Notes: a model not told the origin generated them from the sequence alone. 64,000 bases of DNA from Alphaproteobacteria bacterium (GCA_045563025.1 JBJKUS010000008.1:205554-269553), one strand, 5' to 3'; shown: positions 40,710 to 50,820, counted from the first letter of the stretch. Program-made: numbers and translations.

Positions 40710-41885
40710 ATGAGTATTTTAGGAGTCTATAATCCAATTGACATTGAGGTGGATCACGGAGATGGAGTTTATATTTATTCTTCCGATGGTACAAGATATT
40801 TAGATTTTACCAGTGGAATTGGTGTCACAAGTTTAGGTCATAGTCACCCAGTTTTGATCAATGCTCTTAAGGTTCAGGCAGAAAAAATTTGGCATTGCTC
40901 TAATTTATTTAAAATTACAAATCAAAAAAAGGTTGCTGATAAAATTGTAAAGAATTCTTTTGCTTCAAGTGTCTTTTTTTGTAATTCAGGCTCAGAGGCA
41001 ACTGAAACAAGCATAAAGGCTGCAAGAAAGTTCTTTTTTGAAAAAGGAGAAAAAAAAAAAAATAGAATTATTACGTTTGAAGGCGCATTTCACGGACGAA
41101 CTATAGCATCATTATTTGCTGCAAATAATCCAGATCATACTCAAGGATTCGAGCCACGTGTTGATGGGTTCGATCAAGTCCCTTTTGGTGATCATTCAGC
41201 TTTAGAAAAGGCAATTAATTCTAATACAGCTGCTATAATGGTTGAAACTATATTGGGTGAAGGAGGAATAAGACCTCTCCCAGTAGAATGTTTGCAAGGG
41301 TTAAGGAAACTTTGTAATGAAAAAAAAATTCTGTTAATTCTTGACGAAGTGCAATGTGGCATTGGGAGAACCGGCAAACTGTTTGCATTTGAATGGGCGA
41401 AAATAAAACCAGATATAGTTCCAATTGCAAAAGGTATTGGTGGCGGGTTCCCACTCGGTGCCTGCCTAATGGAAAAAAAAGTAGCAAATGCAATGACACC
41501 AGGTTCTCATGGCTCAACTTTTGGAGGGAATCCACTTTCAATGGCAGTGGCTTCATCTGTACTAGACCATATCTTAAGTAAAGAATTTTTAGATAACGTC
41601 ATCGAGGTTGGAGAATATTTGAAAAATCAGATATTAGAGAAGATAATAAAAAAATTTCCAAAACTTGTTAAAGGAATAAGAGGAAAAGGTTTAATGCTAG
41701 GGATTGAAGCTATTGAAAAAAATGAAATTTTAATTAAAGAACTTATTAATCAGAAAATTTTGGTTGTAAAGGCCGGTCAGAATGTAATCAGAATGCTTCC
41801 TCCACTAATTCTTGAGAAGAAACATGTTGATGAAGCAATCATCAAAATTGATAAAGCTTTTGGAGAAATTAATGAAAGACATTAG
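40710..41885 (+). CDS. argD: Acetylornithine aminotransferase
   Basis: Class-III PLP aminotransferase with the Lys region …LILDEVQCGIGRTGKLFAFEW…. Confidence 0.8.
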   Translation: MSILGVYNPIDIEVDHGDGVYIYSSDGTRYLDFTSGIGVTSLGHSHPVLINALKVQAEKIWHCSNLFKITNQKKVADKIVKNSFASSVFFCNSGSEATETSIKAARKFFFEKGEKKKNRIITFEGAFHGRTIASLFAANNPDHTQGFEPRVDGFDQVPFGDHSALEKAINSNTAAIMVETILGEGGIRPLPVECLQGLRKLCNEKKILLILDEVQCGIGRTGKLFAFEWAKIKPDIVPIAKGIGGGFPLGACLMEKKVANAMTPGSHGSTFGGNPLSMAVASSVLDHILSKEFLDNVIEVGEYLKNQILEKIIKKFPKLVKGIRGKGLMLGIEAIEKNEILIKELINQKILVVKAGQNVIRMLPPLILEKKHVDEAIIKIDKAFGEINERH

Positions 41886-42774
41886 ACACTTCTTAAATTT
41901 GGATCAAATTAACACAAAAGATATTCATTCAATAATGGCAAAGAGTCATATATTAAAAAAAAAATATGGAAAAATTAGCCTAAAGAAAAAAAAAACCCTT
42001 GCAATGATTTTTGAGAAACCTTCAACCAGAACTAGGGTTTCCTTTGAAGTAGGAATGAAAAAGATTAATGGAGATGTAGTTGTCCTTGATCAAAATGATA
42101 CACAACTTGCAAGAGGGGAATCGCTAAACGATACTATTAAAGTTCTAAGTAGGTACGTTGATATTATTATGTACAGGGGATCTGATCAAAAGAAGCTCTA
42201 CGAAATTGCTGAATTTTCTGACGTCCCAATAATTAATGGATTGACAAATCAAAGTCACCCCTGCCAGATTATAGCTGATCTAATGACTCTTGAAGAAAAT
42301 TTTAAAAGCTTAAAAGAACTTAAGCTTTGCTGGGTTGGTGATGGGAATAATGTATGTAATTCATGGATACAGGCCTGTCTACATTATGATTTTAATTTAC
42401 ATATTTCCTGTCCAAAGAACTTCTTCCCACAAAAAAATAATATAAGTAAAATCAATAAAGATAAAGTTGTATTTTTTGACAATCCAGATAAAGCTGTTTT
42501 AGGGGCAGATGTTCTAATAACAGATACTTGGGAATCGATGGGAATGATGAAAAAAAAAAATGTGATTCAAAAATTTAAAAAGTTTCAAATTAATCACGGT
42601 CTTTTGAAAAAAACTAAAAAGCAAACCAAGGTTTTGCATTGTCTTCCAGCCCATAGAGGACAAGAAATTACAGATGATGTTATTGATGGGAAAGATTCTT
42701 TGGTATGGGACGAGGCAGAAAATCGACTTTATGCGCATCAAGCAATTTTACTTTGGTGTTTAAGACAAATCTAA
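41872..42774 (+). CDS. argF: Ornithine carbamoyltransferase
   Basis: Motifs STRTRVSFE and HCLPAHRGQE. I start at the ATG at 41872, which overlaps the argD stop. The track's TTG at 41812 gives an unlikely 20-aa extension inside argD. Confidence 0.85.
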   Translation: MKDIRHFLNLDQINTKDIHSIMAKSHILKKKYGKISLKKKKTLAMIFEKPSTRTRVSFEVGMKKINGDVVVLDQNDTQLARGESLNDTIKVLSRYVDIIMYRGSDQKKLYEIAEFSDVPIINGLTNQSHPCQIIADLMTLEENFKSLKELKLCWVGDGNNVCNSWIQACLHYDFNLHISCPKNFFPQKNNISKINKDKVVFFDNPDKAVLGADVLITDTWESMGMMKKKNVIQKFKKFQINHGLLKKTKKQTKVLHCLPAHRGQEITDDVIDGKDSLVWDEAENRLYAHQAILLWCLRQI

Positions 42775-42775
42775 T

Positions 42776-44224
42776 TTATCTTTTCCACAATTGAGGCGAA
42801 AGAAGAATCAAAATCGGAAATAACTCAAGTCTTCCAACTAACATACCAATACACAGGAAAAACTTTGAGAAAGTAGTAATTTCAAAATAGTTGTTTGCTG
42901 GTCCAATAATCTCATTCAGACCGGGCCCAACATTTGCTAGCGCTGCCGCCGCACCAGAAAGAGCTGTTAGTACATCTTGTCCATCAAAGGATAGAATTAG
43001 AGTGAGTCCTCCAAATATTAGGAGATAAAGAAAAAAATATCCTGTAACAGAGTTAAGAATTTCTTCATTTATTTCATTTGAGTTGTATGTGGGGATAAAA
43101 ACCCCCCTTGGCTGAATTATTTTCTTTATCAATGTAAATGATGACTTCAATAATATTTGAATCCTAAATATTTTTAACCCACAGCTTGAAGACCCAGAAC
43201 AACCACCTATAAGCATTAAAAATAAAAAAAGTAATGTAGTAAAAGTACCCCATTCACTAAAATCATAAGTACTAAATCCGCTCCCAGTGGCAATTGAAAT
43301 TACTGCAAATGAGGATATTCTTAAAGCTTGTAAGTAATCAACTTCGTAAAACTTTGTAAGCCAAAACATAACAATTAAAGTAATTAAAGACACCAGTAAC
43401 AAGAAGAATTGCACCTGAGAGTTTTTAAATAAATCCACAAAATTATTTTTCAGTGAGTAAAAAATTAAAATGAAAGGTAGTGCTGAAATTAGCATAAAAA
43501 CGATCGTCACTATTTCTGTATAAATTGAATCAAAATGACCTATAGACATATTTTTAGTTGAAAACCCGCCTGTGGCAATTATCGTCATTCCGTGAGCCAG
43601 GCTATCAAAGATATCTAAGCCGCTTGAATACAAAAAGAATGAGCACATTATAGTTAATGAAAAATAAATTAATCCAATAGCTGCGGCTATTTGTGTGGTC
43701 CTTGGTAATACTTTCTCCTCCTTGGAACTAAATTCAGTTTGGAAGAGTTGCATTCCTCCAATTTTCAAAATTGGGAAAATTGCAATTGCAATTACAATTA
43801 TACCTATCCCACCTAGCCACTGAAGCATTGCTCGCCAAAGAAGGATAGATTTTGAAGTATTATCAAGATCTTTTATTACTGTTGCTCCAGTAGTCGTCAA
43901 ACCGGACATTGATTCAAAAAAAGCATTTATAAAAGACAGGTTTGGACTTCCTAAAAAAAAGGGTATAGAGCCAATAAATGTAAGAATCAACCAAGATATA
44001 AGAGTTAGTAAAAAGGCAGATAAAACCTCAACATCTTTATTTTTGTTCTTGAAAGTAAAAGATATATTTAATCCCGTAAAAAGACACACTATTGAAATTA
44101 CAAAAAAAACAACCCAGTCAGCCCCCCCTAAATAGTAATCAAGGGTTCCAGGAATGAGTGAATAAATGGAAAAGAAAACTAATAAGTTTCCAATAACAAA
44201 CAGAGAAGACTTTAAATTATCCAT
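42776..44224 (-). CDS. trkH: Trk-type potassium uptake protein TrkH
   Basis: Polytopic TrkH/KtrB-family membrane protein with repeated pore-loop glycines (…GFSTKN…, …GGCSGSSSCGLK…). Confidence 0.8.
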   Translation of the reverse strand: MDNLKSSLFVIGNLLVFFSIYSLIPGTLDYYLGGADWVVFFVISIVCLFTGLNISFTFKNKNKDVEVLSAFLLTLISWLILTFIGSIPFFLGSPNLSFINAFFESMSGLTTTGATVIKDLDNTSKSILLWRAMLQWLGGIGIIVIAIAIFPILKIGGMQLFQTEFSSKEEKVLPRTTQIAAAIGLIYFSLTIMCSFFLYSSGLDIFDSLAHGMTIIATGGFSTKNMSIGHFDSIYTEIVTIVFMLISALPFILIFYSLKNNFVDLFKNSQVQFFLLLVSLITLIVMFWLTKFYEVDYLQALRISSFAVISIATGSGFSTYDFSEWGTFTTLLFLFLMLIGGCSGSSSCGLKIFRIQILLKSSFTLIKKIIQPRGVFIPTYNSNEINEEILNSVTGYFFLYLLIFGGLTLILSFDGQDVLTALSGAAAALANVGPGLNEIIGPANNYFEITTFSKFFLCIGMLVGRLELFPILILLSPQLWKR

Positions 44225-44228
44225 AAAA

Positions 44229-44615
44229 TTAATTTAATTTTTTTTTCTTATCAGGTATATCTAAAGAAAATGGAGGGATTAAAACTTCAAACATTCTTCC
44301 CTTAAAATCTTGCATTTGATAACTTCCATGCATCAAACCTGAACTTGTTTTTAATGGAGTGCCACTAGTATATTCAAACTCGTCACCAGGCTGAATTATA
44401 GGTTGTTCACCTACAACACCCATACCTTTGACTTCTCTATGGTTACCATTAGAATCAAAAATTTTCCAATGTCTACTGAGAAGTTTTATACTCTCTTTGC
44501 TATTGTTTTTAATTTTTACTTTATAGGCCCATAAATACGCGTCTTCAGACGGATCTGAGTGATCCTCTAAATAAATAGGTTCGACTAGAACTGAGATTTT
44601 TTTTTTATTTATCAT
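44229..44615 (-). CDS. apaG: ApaG (DUF525) protein
   Basis: 128 aa with the conserved ApaG pattern …YLWAYKVKIKNNSKESIKLLSRHWKIFDSNGNHREVKGMGVVGEQPIIQPGDEFEYTSG…. Confidence 0.8.
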   Translation of the reverse strand: MINKKKISVLVEPIYLEDHSDPSEDAYLWAYKVKIKNNSKESIKLLSRHWKIFDSNGNHREVKGMGVVGEQPIIQPGDEFEYTSGTPLKTSSGLMHGSYQMQDFKGRMFEVLIPPFSLDIPDKKKKLN

Positions 44616-45807
44616 TTTTAAATGTTTTTTTTAAAGCTAAATCTATGTCGTTGATTATATCACTAACTTCCTCTAATCCAACTGAAAGTCTAATCAAGTT
44701 TTTAGTAATTTTTAACTTCTTCTTATCACTTTCTGATAATCTGTGATGTGTAGTAGTGTAGGGATGAGTTATAAGAGTTTTTGAGTCACCTAAATTATTT
44801 GAAATGTCTATTAAACTTAAATTATTTAAAAACTTGAAAGAGACTTTCTTGTCATCTTTTTTTTTTGAATTTAACTCGAAGCTAATAACAGTCCCGCCAT
44901 CAATCATTTGTTTTTTTGCTAGCTCGAATTGTTTTGAATTTTTGTCAAATGGGTAATAGATTTTTTTTATATGTTTGTTACCTTCCAAAAATTGGAAGAT
45001 CTCTTTTGTATTTTTAGTTTGTTTTTCAACTCTTAGGTCTAGGGTTTCTAAGCCTTTAAGTAAAACCCAAGCATTAAATGGACTAATTGATGGACCGGTA
45101 TTTCTTATAAAAGGCTTAACAATCTCTTTACAAAATTCTTTATTACCTAATATTGCACCGCCCAGAACACGACCCTGTCCATCTAAGTGTTTGGTTGCTG
45201 AATACATTACAATGTCTGCATTTAGTTCAAGTGGTTTTTGTAATATTGGAGTGGCAAAAACATTATCAACAACAACTTTAGCTCCAGCTTTATGTGCTAG
45301 CCTAGAAACTTTTTCTATGTCAACAATTTCTAAGCAGGGGTTTGATGGTGTCTCAAAGAATACTATTTTAGTTTTTTTCTTAAGTGCTAATTCCCATTGC
45401 TTAACACTAGTTCCATCTACTAATTTTACTTCGATACCAAATTTAGGTAAGATTTCTGTCAATATATAATGACAACTTCCAAAAAGAGCCCTACCTGAAA
45501 CTACTCTGTCTCCTTTTTTAAGTGTAGACATCAGAATGGTAAATAAAGCTGACATTCCAGAGGAGGTTGCCCAACAAGATTCGGCTCCTTCAAGTTTAGC
45601 CATTCTTTTTTCAAAAATATCTACAGTTGGGTTGCCGAACCTTGAGTACATAAATCTGTTTTTTTCCTCTTTAAAACTTTTTTCTGCCTCTTCAGCCGTT
45701 TCGTATACAAAACCTGATGTTAAGAAAAGAGGTTCACTAGTTTCTGAAAAGTTTGTTCTTTTGAAACCGCCACGAATTAAATTAGTTGTAACTTTTTTAT
45801 TTTTCAT
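44605..45807 (-). CDS. metZ: O-succinylhomoserine sulfhydrylase (Cys/Met-metabolism PLP enzyme)
   Basis: Cystathionine gamma-synthase-family fold with the PLP-Lys region …VMYSATKHLDGQGR…. The alphaproteobacterial MetZ-like N-terminus is present. Confidence 0.75.
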   Translation of the reverse strand: MKNKKVTTNLIRGGFKRTNFSETSEPLFLTSGFVYETAEEAEKSFKEEKNRFMYSRFGNPTVDIFEKRMAKLEGAESCWATSSGMSALFTILMSTLKKGDRVVSGRALFGSCHYILTEILPKFGIEVKLVDGTSVKQWELALKKKTKIVFFETPSNPCLEIVDIEKVSRLAHKAGAKVVVDNVFATPILQKPLELNADIVMYSATKHLDGQGRVLGGAILGNKEFCKEIVKPFIRNTGPSISPFNAWVLLKGLETLDLRVEKQTKNTKEIFQFLEGNKHIKKIYYPFDKNSKQFELAKKQMIDGGTVISFELNSKKKDDKKVSFKFLNNLSLIDISNNLGDSKTLITHPYTTTHHRLSESDKKKLKITKNLIRLSVGLEEVSDIINDIDLALKKTFKNDK

Positions 45808-45865
45808 TTGAATGTTTTAGGTTAACATTTTGTAAAATTTATTTATAGTAATAAAGGTAAAGGCT

Positions 45866-47134
45866 ATGAGATTAAAGTTTTTTTTATATATATTTTTTTC
45901 ATTTGTACTTATTCATTCACAAAACGTTGAATCACGAGAGCTCTCAATAAAACAATTGGAGGAGAGAAAGAAACTTGATTTAGAAAGAAAAAAAAGAATT
46001 GAGAAGAGAGGCAAAAAAACTTTCCAAAAAGAAATCACCATAACTACCGAAATAGTTTTTTTATCAAAAGAAAGAGAAGTTCCAGCTGTATTATCTAACT
46101 TAGATCCGATTTTAGATGATGAGGGCTTTTACGGAGTCAAGCTGGCAATTGAAGACAACTTAACGACCGGAAGGTTTTTAGGTCATGATTATAAAGTTCA
46201 ATTTTATAGAGTTCTGTTAGAAGAAAATTTAGAGGCAGAATTCGAAAAACTTTTAAAAGATGGCAAGAAGTATTTTGTTGTAGATTTAAATGAAGATGAA
46301 TTATTATCGTTAATGAAAATACCAGGCATTGATGATGTCTTAGTATTTAATACTAGAGCAAAAAATGATTCTCTAAGAAACGAAAACTGTAAAGAAAATT
46401 TTTTTCACATACCACCAAGCTATTCTATTCTTTCTGACGCTCTCACCCAGTATTTGGTGAAAAAAAAATGGAAAAAATGGTTTTTAGTAACAGGTCCAAA
46501 AAAAAATGACCAAATGTACTCTACTGCATTGAAAAATTCTGCTAAGAAATTTAATGTTAAGATCAAGGAAGAGAAAATATGGGATTTCTCTGCGGATCTA
46601 AGAAGAACAGCAGGAAAAGAAGTGCCGATTTTTACAAAGGGTTCTAAATACGATGTACTAATCGTTGCTGATGAAGCTGGTGAGTTTGGTGAATATCTTG
46701 CATACAGAACATGGGACCCTAGACCAATTGCTGGTACACAAGGGTTGAAACCAAATTCTTGGCATCGCACGCACGAACAGTGGGGAGCAACTCAAATGCA
46801 AAATAGGTTTAGAAGAGAAAGTGGAAGATGGATGACAGAGGTTGATTATCACTCTTGGACAGCAGTAAGAGCAATCGGTGAATCAGTTACAAGAACAAAT
46901 TCTAATGATGTAAATGAAGTTCAAAAATACTTATTAAGCGAAAAATTTGGTTTAGGTGCTTATAAAGGTGTAAAAGTTTCATTTAGGTCTTGGAATGGTC
47001 AGCTAAGACAACCTGTTTTATTGGCTGCCCCAAGATCTATGGTATCTGTTTCGCCTCAAGATGGTTATATTCATCCAGTAAGTGAACTAGATACTTTAGG
47101 AAAAGATCAGCCGGAATCTTCTTGTAAATTTTAA
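45866..47134 (+). CDS. PQQ-dependent alcohol dehydrogenase system ABC substrate-binding protein (LivK-like, TIGR03863-type)
   Basis: Signal peptide and a type-1 periplasmic-binding fold. It heads a conserved four-gene module (SBP, YVTN beta-propeller, ABC ATPase, ABC-2 permease) that accompanies PQQ-ADH loci. Confidence 0.6.
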   Translation: MRLKFFLYIFFSFVLIHSQNVESRELSIKQLEERKKLDLERKKRIEKRGKKTFQKEITITTEIVFLSKEREVPAVLSNLDPILDDEGFYGVKLAIEDNLTTGRFLGHDYKVQFYRVLLEENLEAEFEKLLKDGKKYFVVDLNEDELLSLMKIPGIDDVLVFNTRAKNDSLRNENCKENFFHIPPSYSILSDALTQYLVKKKWKKWFLVTGPKKNDQMYSTALKNSAKKFNVKIKEEKIWDFSADLRRTAGKEVPIFTKGSKYDVLIVADEAGEFGEYLAYRTWDPRPIAGTQGLKPNSWHRTHEQWGATQMQNRFRRESGRWMTEVDYHSWTAVRAIGESVTRTNSNDVNEVQKYLLSEKFGLGAYKGVKVSFRSWNGQLRQPVLLAAPRSMVSVSPQDGYIHPVSELDTLGKDQPESSCKF

Positions 47135-47155
47135 AATTTTTAATACATTGTAAAT

Positions 47156-48118
47156 ATGAAAAATTTTTTAATCATAGCTATTTTATTTTTTACCTTTTCA
47201 AAAACAAAAGCAAATCTCGCTTATATAACCAATGAAAAGGATAACACGGTAAGTGTTATAGACATAAACAAAAAAAAAGTCGTTAAAACAGTTAAGGTTG
47301 GGCAAAGACCCAGAGGCATAATAATGTCCAAAGATGGTAAACTGGTTCTAATCTGTGTATCAGACGATGATAGAGTCGAGGTAAGAGATGCTGAAACAAT
47401 GAAATTGAAATATTATTTACCTTCCGGACCGGACCCTGAACTTTTTATTTTATCACCTGAAGACGATACTCTTTATATCGCAAATGAAGACGACGCTATG
47501 GTGACAGTCGTAGATATGGTTGATAAGATGATAGTCGATGATATTCCAGTGGGTGTTGAACCAGAAGGAATGGGATTGACTGGTAACGGAAAAATTTTGG
47601 TTAACACTTCAGAAACCACTAATATGGCACATTTCATTGATACAGAAACACTCGAAATTACCGAAAATGTGTTAGTTGATGCTAGACCAAGGGTAGCGAT
47701 GTTCACTCCAGATGATAAAGAGGTTTGGATTTCAGCAGAGATTGGAGGTACTGTTAAAGTTATCAGCCCAGACTCAAAAGAAGTGACTCACACGATAGGT
47801 TTTGAAATTCCTGGAGTTAATGAGGAGAGCATCCAACCAGTTGGCGTAAGGCATACAAAAGATGGAAAATATACCTTTATAGCATTGGGTCCCGCTAACA
47901 GGATAGCGGTCGTTGACTCAAAAACTAAAAAAGTTATCAAATACTTATTAGTTGGTCAGAGAGTCTGGCAACTCGCATTCACACCTGATCAAAAAACTTT
48001 ATTAAGCACTAATGGTGTTAGTAATGACGTATCAATCATTAATGTAAATAAACTTAAGGTCGAAAAGTCTGTTAAAGTTGGAAGGTTTCCTTGGGGTGTT
48101 GTTATAAGTCCAAACTAA
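47156..48118 (+). CDS. PQQ-dependent-catabolism-associated YVTN beta-propeller repeat protein
   Basis: Signal peptide plus seven-fold YVTN-type repeats (AYITNEKDNTVSVIDINKKKVVKTVKVGQRPRGI… repeated). Confidence 0.7.
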   Translation: MKNFLIIAILFFTFSKTKANLAYITNEKDNTVSVIDINKKKVVKTVKVGQRPRGIIMSKDGKLVLICVSDDDRVEVRDAETMKLKYYLPSGPDPELFILSPEDDTLYIANEDDAMVTVVDMVDKMIVDDIPVGVEPEGMGLTGNGKILVNTSETTNMAHFIDTETLEITENVLVDARPRVAMFTPDDKEVWISAEIGGTVKVISPDSKEVTHTIGFEIPGVNEESIQPVGVRHTKDGKYTFIALGPANRIAVVDSKTKKVIKYLLVGQRVWQLAFTPDQKTLLSTNGVSNDVSIINVNKLKVEKSVKVGRFPWGVVISPN

Positions 48119-48143
48119 TAATTTTTGGCATTAATTAAACATA

Positions 48144-48869
48144 ATGACCGTTGCACTGGATATAAATAATGTATCTCACAAATTTGGAGATTTCACAGCA
48201 TTGGATGATGTAAGCCTGAAGATTAGTCCCGGAGACTTTACTGTTTTATTAGGTTTAAATGGTGCGGGAAAAACAACACTATATTCCCTTATTACTCGTC
48301 TATACAACAACAACTCTGGTTCGATAAAAATTCATAACTTTGACGTTAGAGACCAATCTTCTGATGCATTAAAAAATATTGGTGTAGTTTTTCAACAACC
48401 CACTTTGGATCTAGACTTAAGTGTTGAAGAAAATTTGCACTATCACTCATCGTTACACGGCATTAGTAAAGCAGTAGCAAATACCAGAATCAAAGATGAG
48501 ATAAATAGAATCAATTTGAGTGATAAATTAAAAAATAAAGTTAGATCTCTTTCTGGAGGCCAAAGAAGAAGAGTTGAAATAGCAAGATCACTGATTCACA
48601 AACCAAAACTATTACTTTTAGATGAACCAACTGTAGGATTAGATATTGGATCAAGACAAATGATTTTGAAACATGTTAAATCTCTTTGTAAAAAAGGAGA
48701 GCTTGCAGTTTTATGGGCCACTCACCTAATTGATGAAATTGATAAAGGCGAAAAAGTAGTTATAATACATAAGGGAAAAGTTTTGGAATCTGGTGGTGTA
48801 GCCACTATCGTAAAGAAAACAAAAAAAAAAAATATAAGAGAGGCTTTCAATAAAATTGTTGGTATTTAG
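48144..48869 (+). CDS. ABC transporter ATP-binding protein (PQQ-ADH-associated module)
   Basis: Walker A GLNGAGKTT, signature LSGGQRRR and Walker B LLLLDEPT. Confidence 0.85.
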   Translation: MTVALDINNVSHKFGDFTALDDVSLKISPGDFTVLLGLNGAGKTTLYSLITRLYNNNSGSIKIHNFDVRDQSSDALKNIGVVFQQPTLDLDLSVEENLHYHSSLHGISKAVANTRIKDEINRINLSDKLKNKVRSLSGGQRRRVEIARSLIHKPKLLLLDEPTVGLDIGSRQMILKHVKSLCKKGELAVLWATHLIDEIDKGEKVVIIHKGKVLESGGVATIVKKTKKKNIREAFNKIVGI

Positions 48870-48871
48870 TT

Positions 48872-49675
48872 ATGAATTTAGTTGTATACATAAGATGTTT
48901 TAAGGGGATTGTCTTAAGAGAAGCATTAAGATTTATTCATCAAAAAGAAAGATTTTTTTCAGCATTAGTAAGGCCTTTGGTTTGGCTTGGAATATTTGCA
49001 GCAGGTTTCAGATCGGTACTTGGCGTTGCTATTATACCTCCATATGAAACATACATTCCTTATGAAGTCTACATAGCCCCAGGCTTAATAGCTATGATTC
49101 AACTTTTTAATGGAATGCAAAGCTCTCTATCTATGGTATATGACAGAGAAATGGGAAGTATGAAAACAATGCTAGTGAGCCCTATCCCAAGATGGTTTTT
49201 GTTGTGTTCAAAATTATTTGCAGGTGTCTTTGTTTCAATATTGCAGGTTTATGCTTTTCTATTAATTGCGTCTTTTTGGGATATAATTCCCCCAGTCTCA
49301 GGATATTTTACAATACTGCCTGCTTTGATAATTTCGGGTTTAATGTTAGGTGCTCTGGGTATGTTCTTATCGTCTGCGATTAAACAATTAGAAAATTTTG
49401 CAGGTGTGATGAATTTTGTTATATTTCCAATGTTTTTCGCTTCTTCTGCACTCTATCCTCTTTGGAAAATAGAGGAGACAAGTGAATGGTTATACTTGGT
49501 TTGCTTTTACAACCCCTTTACTTATGCGGTTGAATCAATAAGATTTTCATTATATTCTCAGATTAATTTTGAATATAGTGCGGGAATAATTATATTCACC
49601 TTAATATTTTTATTTTTATCCATAATGGGTTATGATCCCTCAAGGGGAAACTTGCAAAAGAAAGGTGGAAAATGA
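48872..49675 (+). CDS. ABC-2-family permease (PQQ-ADH-associated module)
   Basis: Six TM helices in the ABC-2 layout. It is translationally coupled to the ATPase. Confidence 0.75.
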   Translation: MNLVVYIRCFKGIVLREALRFIHQKERFFSALVRPLVWLGIFAAGFRSVLGVAIIPPYETYIPYEVYIAPGLIAMIQLFNGMQSSLSMVYDREMGSMKTMLVSPIPRWFLLCSKLFAGVFVSILQVYAFLLIASFWDIIPPVSGYFTILPALIISGLMLGALGMFLSSAIKQLENFAGVMNFVIFPMFFASSALYPLWKIEETSEWLYLVCFYNPFTYAVESIRFSLYSQINFEYSAGIIIFTLIFLFLSIMGYDPSRGNLQKKGGK

Positions 49676-50091
49676 TCTTAAATATTTTTTTAACAATTGT
49701 TATTTTATTGTCTAACTCTTTTACTTTTGCAAAAGGTGACCTAGCTATTAGAGCAAAAAAATTGGAACTTAAGCTTGGATCGGATAAAAGTGATTATGAG
49801 ATGTCGCAAAAAAGTTTTGAACTTGAAACTGGAAAGGCATACAGACTAGAAATTTCAAGTATGGGTTTTAAAGAATACGAATTTGAAGCCGAAGATTTTT
49901 TCAGAAATGTGTGGATTAGAAAAATTGAGGTTGAAGGTATTGAGATTGACACTTCTATTTTGAATGAAATAGAATTTGAAAGAGAAGGAGAAATAGAAAT
50001 TCAATTTGTCCCAATTAGGCCGGGTAATTATGAGTTCGAAATTGAAGGCTTAAGAGAGAAAGGGATGTTTGGACAATTTATAGTAAAATAA
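49672..50091 (+). CDS. Secreted Glu-rich protein with a ligand-less cupredoxin-like pattern (unknown function)
   Basis: ATGA overlap with the permease stop. Signal peptide. EFE-type acidic repeats (YEFEAEDFF, IEFEREGEIEIQF, YEFEIEG). The C-terminus PGNYEFEIEGLREKGMFGQFIV mimics the plastocyanin/azurin PG.Y.F.C..H…GM.G.i.V motif, but there is no Cys or His at the ligand positions. Confidence 0.5.
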   Translation: MILNIFLTIVILLSNSFTFAKGDLAIRAKKLELKLGSDKSDYEMSQKSFELETGKAYRLEISSMGFKEYEFEAEDFFRNVWIRKIEVEGIEIDTSILNEIEFEREGEIEIQFVPIRPGNYEFEIEGLREKGMFGQFIVK

Positions 50092-50113
50092 ATAGTTAAT
50101 TTTAGGAGGTTTT

Positions 50114-50758
50114 ATGTTATTCAAAAAAAAATTTTTAATATTCTTAGGTCTAGTTTTTTTTTCCTTTACGGTTGAGTCAGCTCCGCCTGAAAAGCCACCT
50201 AAAAAATGGCCGTGTGATCAAGTCTACAACCCCAAGCTTAATTTAAGTTCAATATGGCAAGGTCCACCGATTGACAAAGCAATCAAAGATTGGTGGAAAG
50301 ATGATACTGTTATCGAATACGTTAATCAGTTAGCCGACCCAGTTTTAGAAGAAGAAAAGGGAATAGAGTTAATTGAAGAGTTTGCAAAAAAATATACTTA
50401 CTTTGGCATTTTAAAAAAAGGTGATAGAGATGAAAAAATGACGTTTTTGTTTGCTGGTTTATATCAAAAAGCAAAGGATAGAAGGAGTAGACAATATGTA
50501 GGTATTATTAAATTTGTTGATAGACAAGAATCATTGAGAAAAGCAATTGGAAGTGCCTCAAAACAAATAAGAAAGTTAAGGAAAGAAAAAGTAAATCAAA
50601 AGGATAAGAGGTATGTTGACGCTAGTTCGCAGCTAGAGTGGAATACAAAGGTTTTTGACCAAAGGACGAAACTTACAGAATTTATATGCGAAGAACCAGT
50701 GTTTAACACGCAGAGATTAGGCTATCAATCAAGAAAAATTATGTCTTATTTGAAATAA
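50114..50758 (+). CDS. Hypothetical secreted protein between the PQQ-ABC module and pqqA
   Basis: Signal peptide MLFKKKFLIFLGLVFFSFTVESA, a single Cys (KWPCDQ) and a basic C-terminal half. I recognise no domain. Confidence 0.45.
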   Translation: MLFKKKFLIFLGLVFFSFTVESAPPEKPPKKWPCDQVYNPKLNLSSIWQGPPIDKAIKDWWKDDTVIEYVNQLADPVLEEEKGIELIEEFAKKYTYFGILKKGDRDEKMTFLFAGLYQKAKDRRSRQYVGIIKFVDRQESLRKAIGSASKQIRKLRKEKVNQKDKRYVDASSQLEWNTKVFDQRTKLTEFICEEPVFNTQRLGYQSRKIMSYLK

Positions 50759-50820
50759 TTAGAACTGTTCTAAATATGAATCTTAAATGAATAGTTAAAT
50801 CAGGATTCCTTAACTTTTAA

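Noticed and set aside
41812-41871. TTG-initiated 20-aa N-terminal extension of argF
   Set aside because: It lies wholly inside the argD 3′ end. OTCase alignments start near MKDIRHFLNLDQ, with the ATG at 41872.
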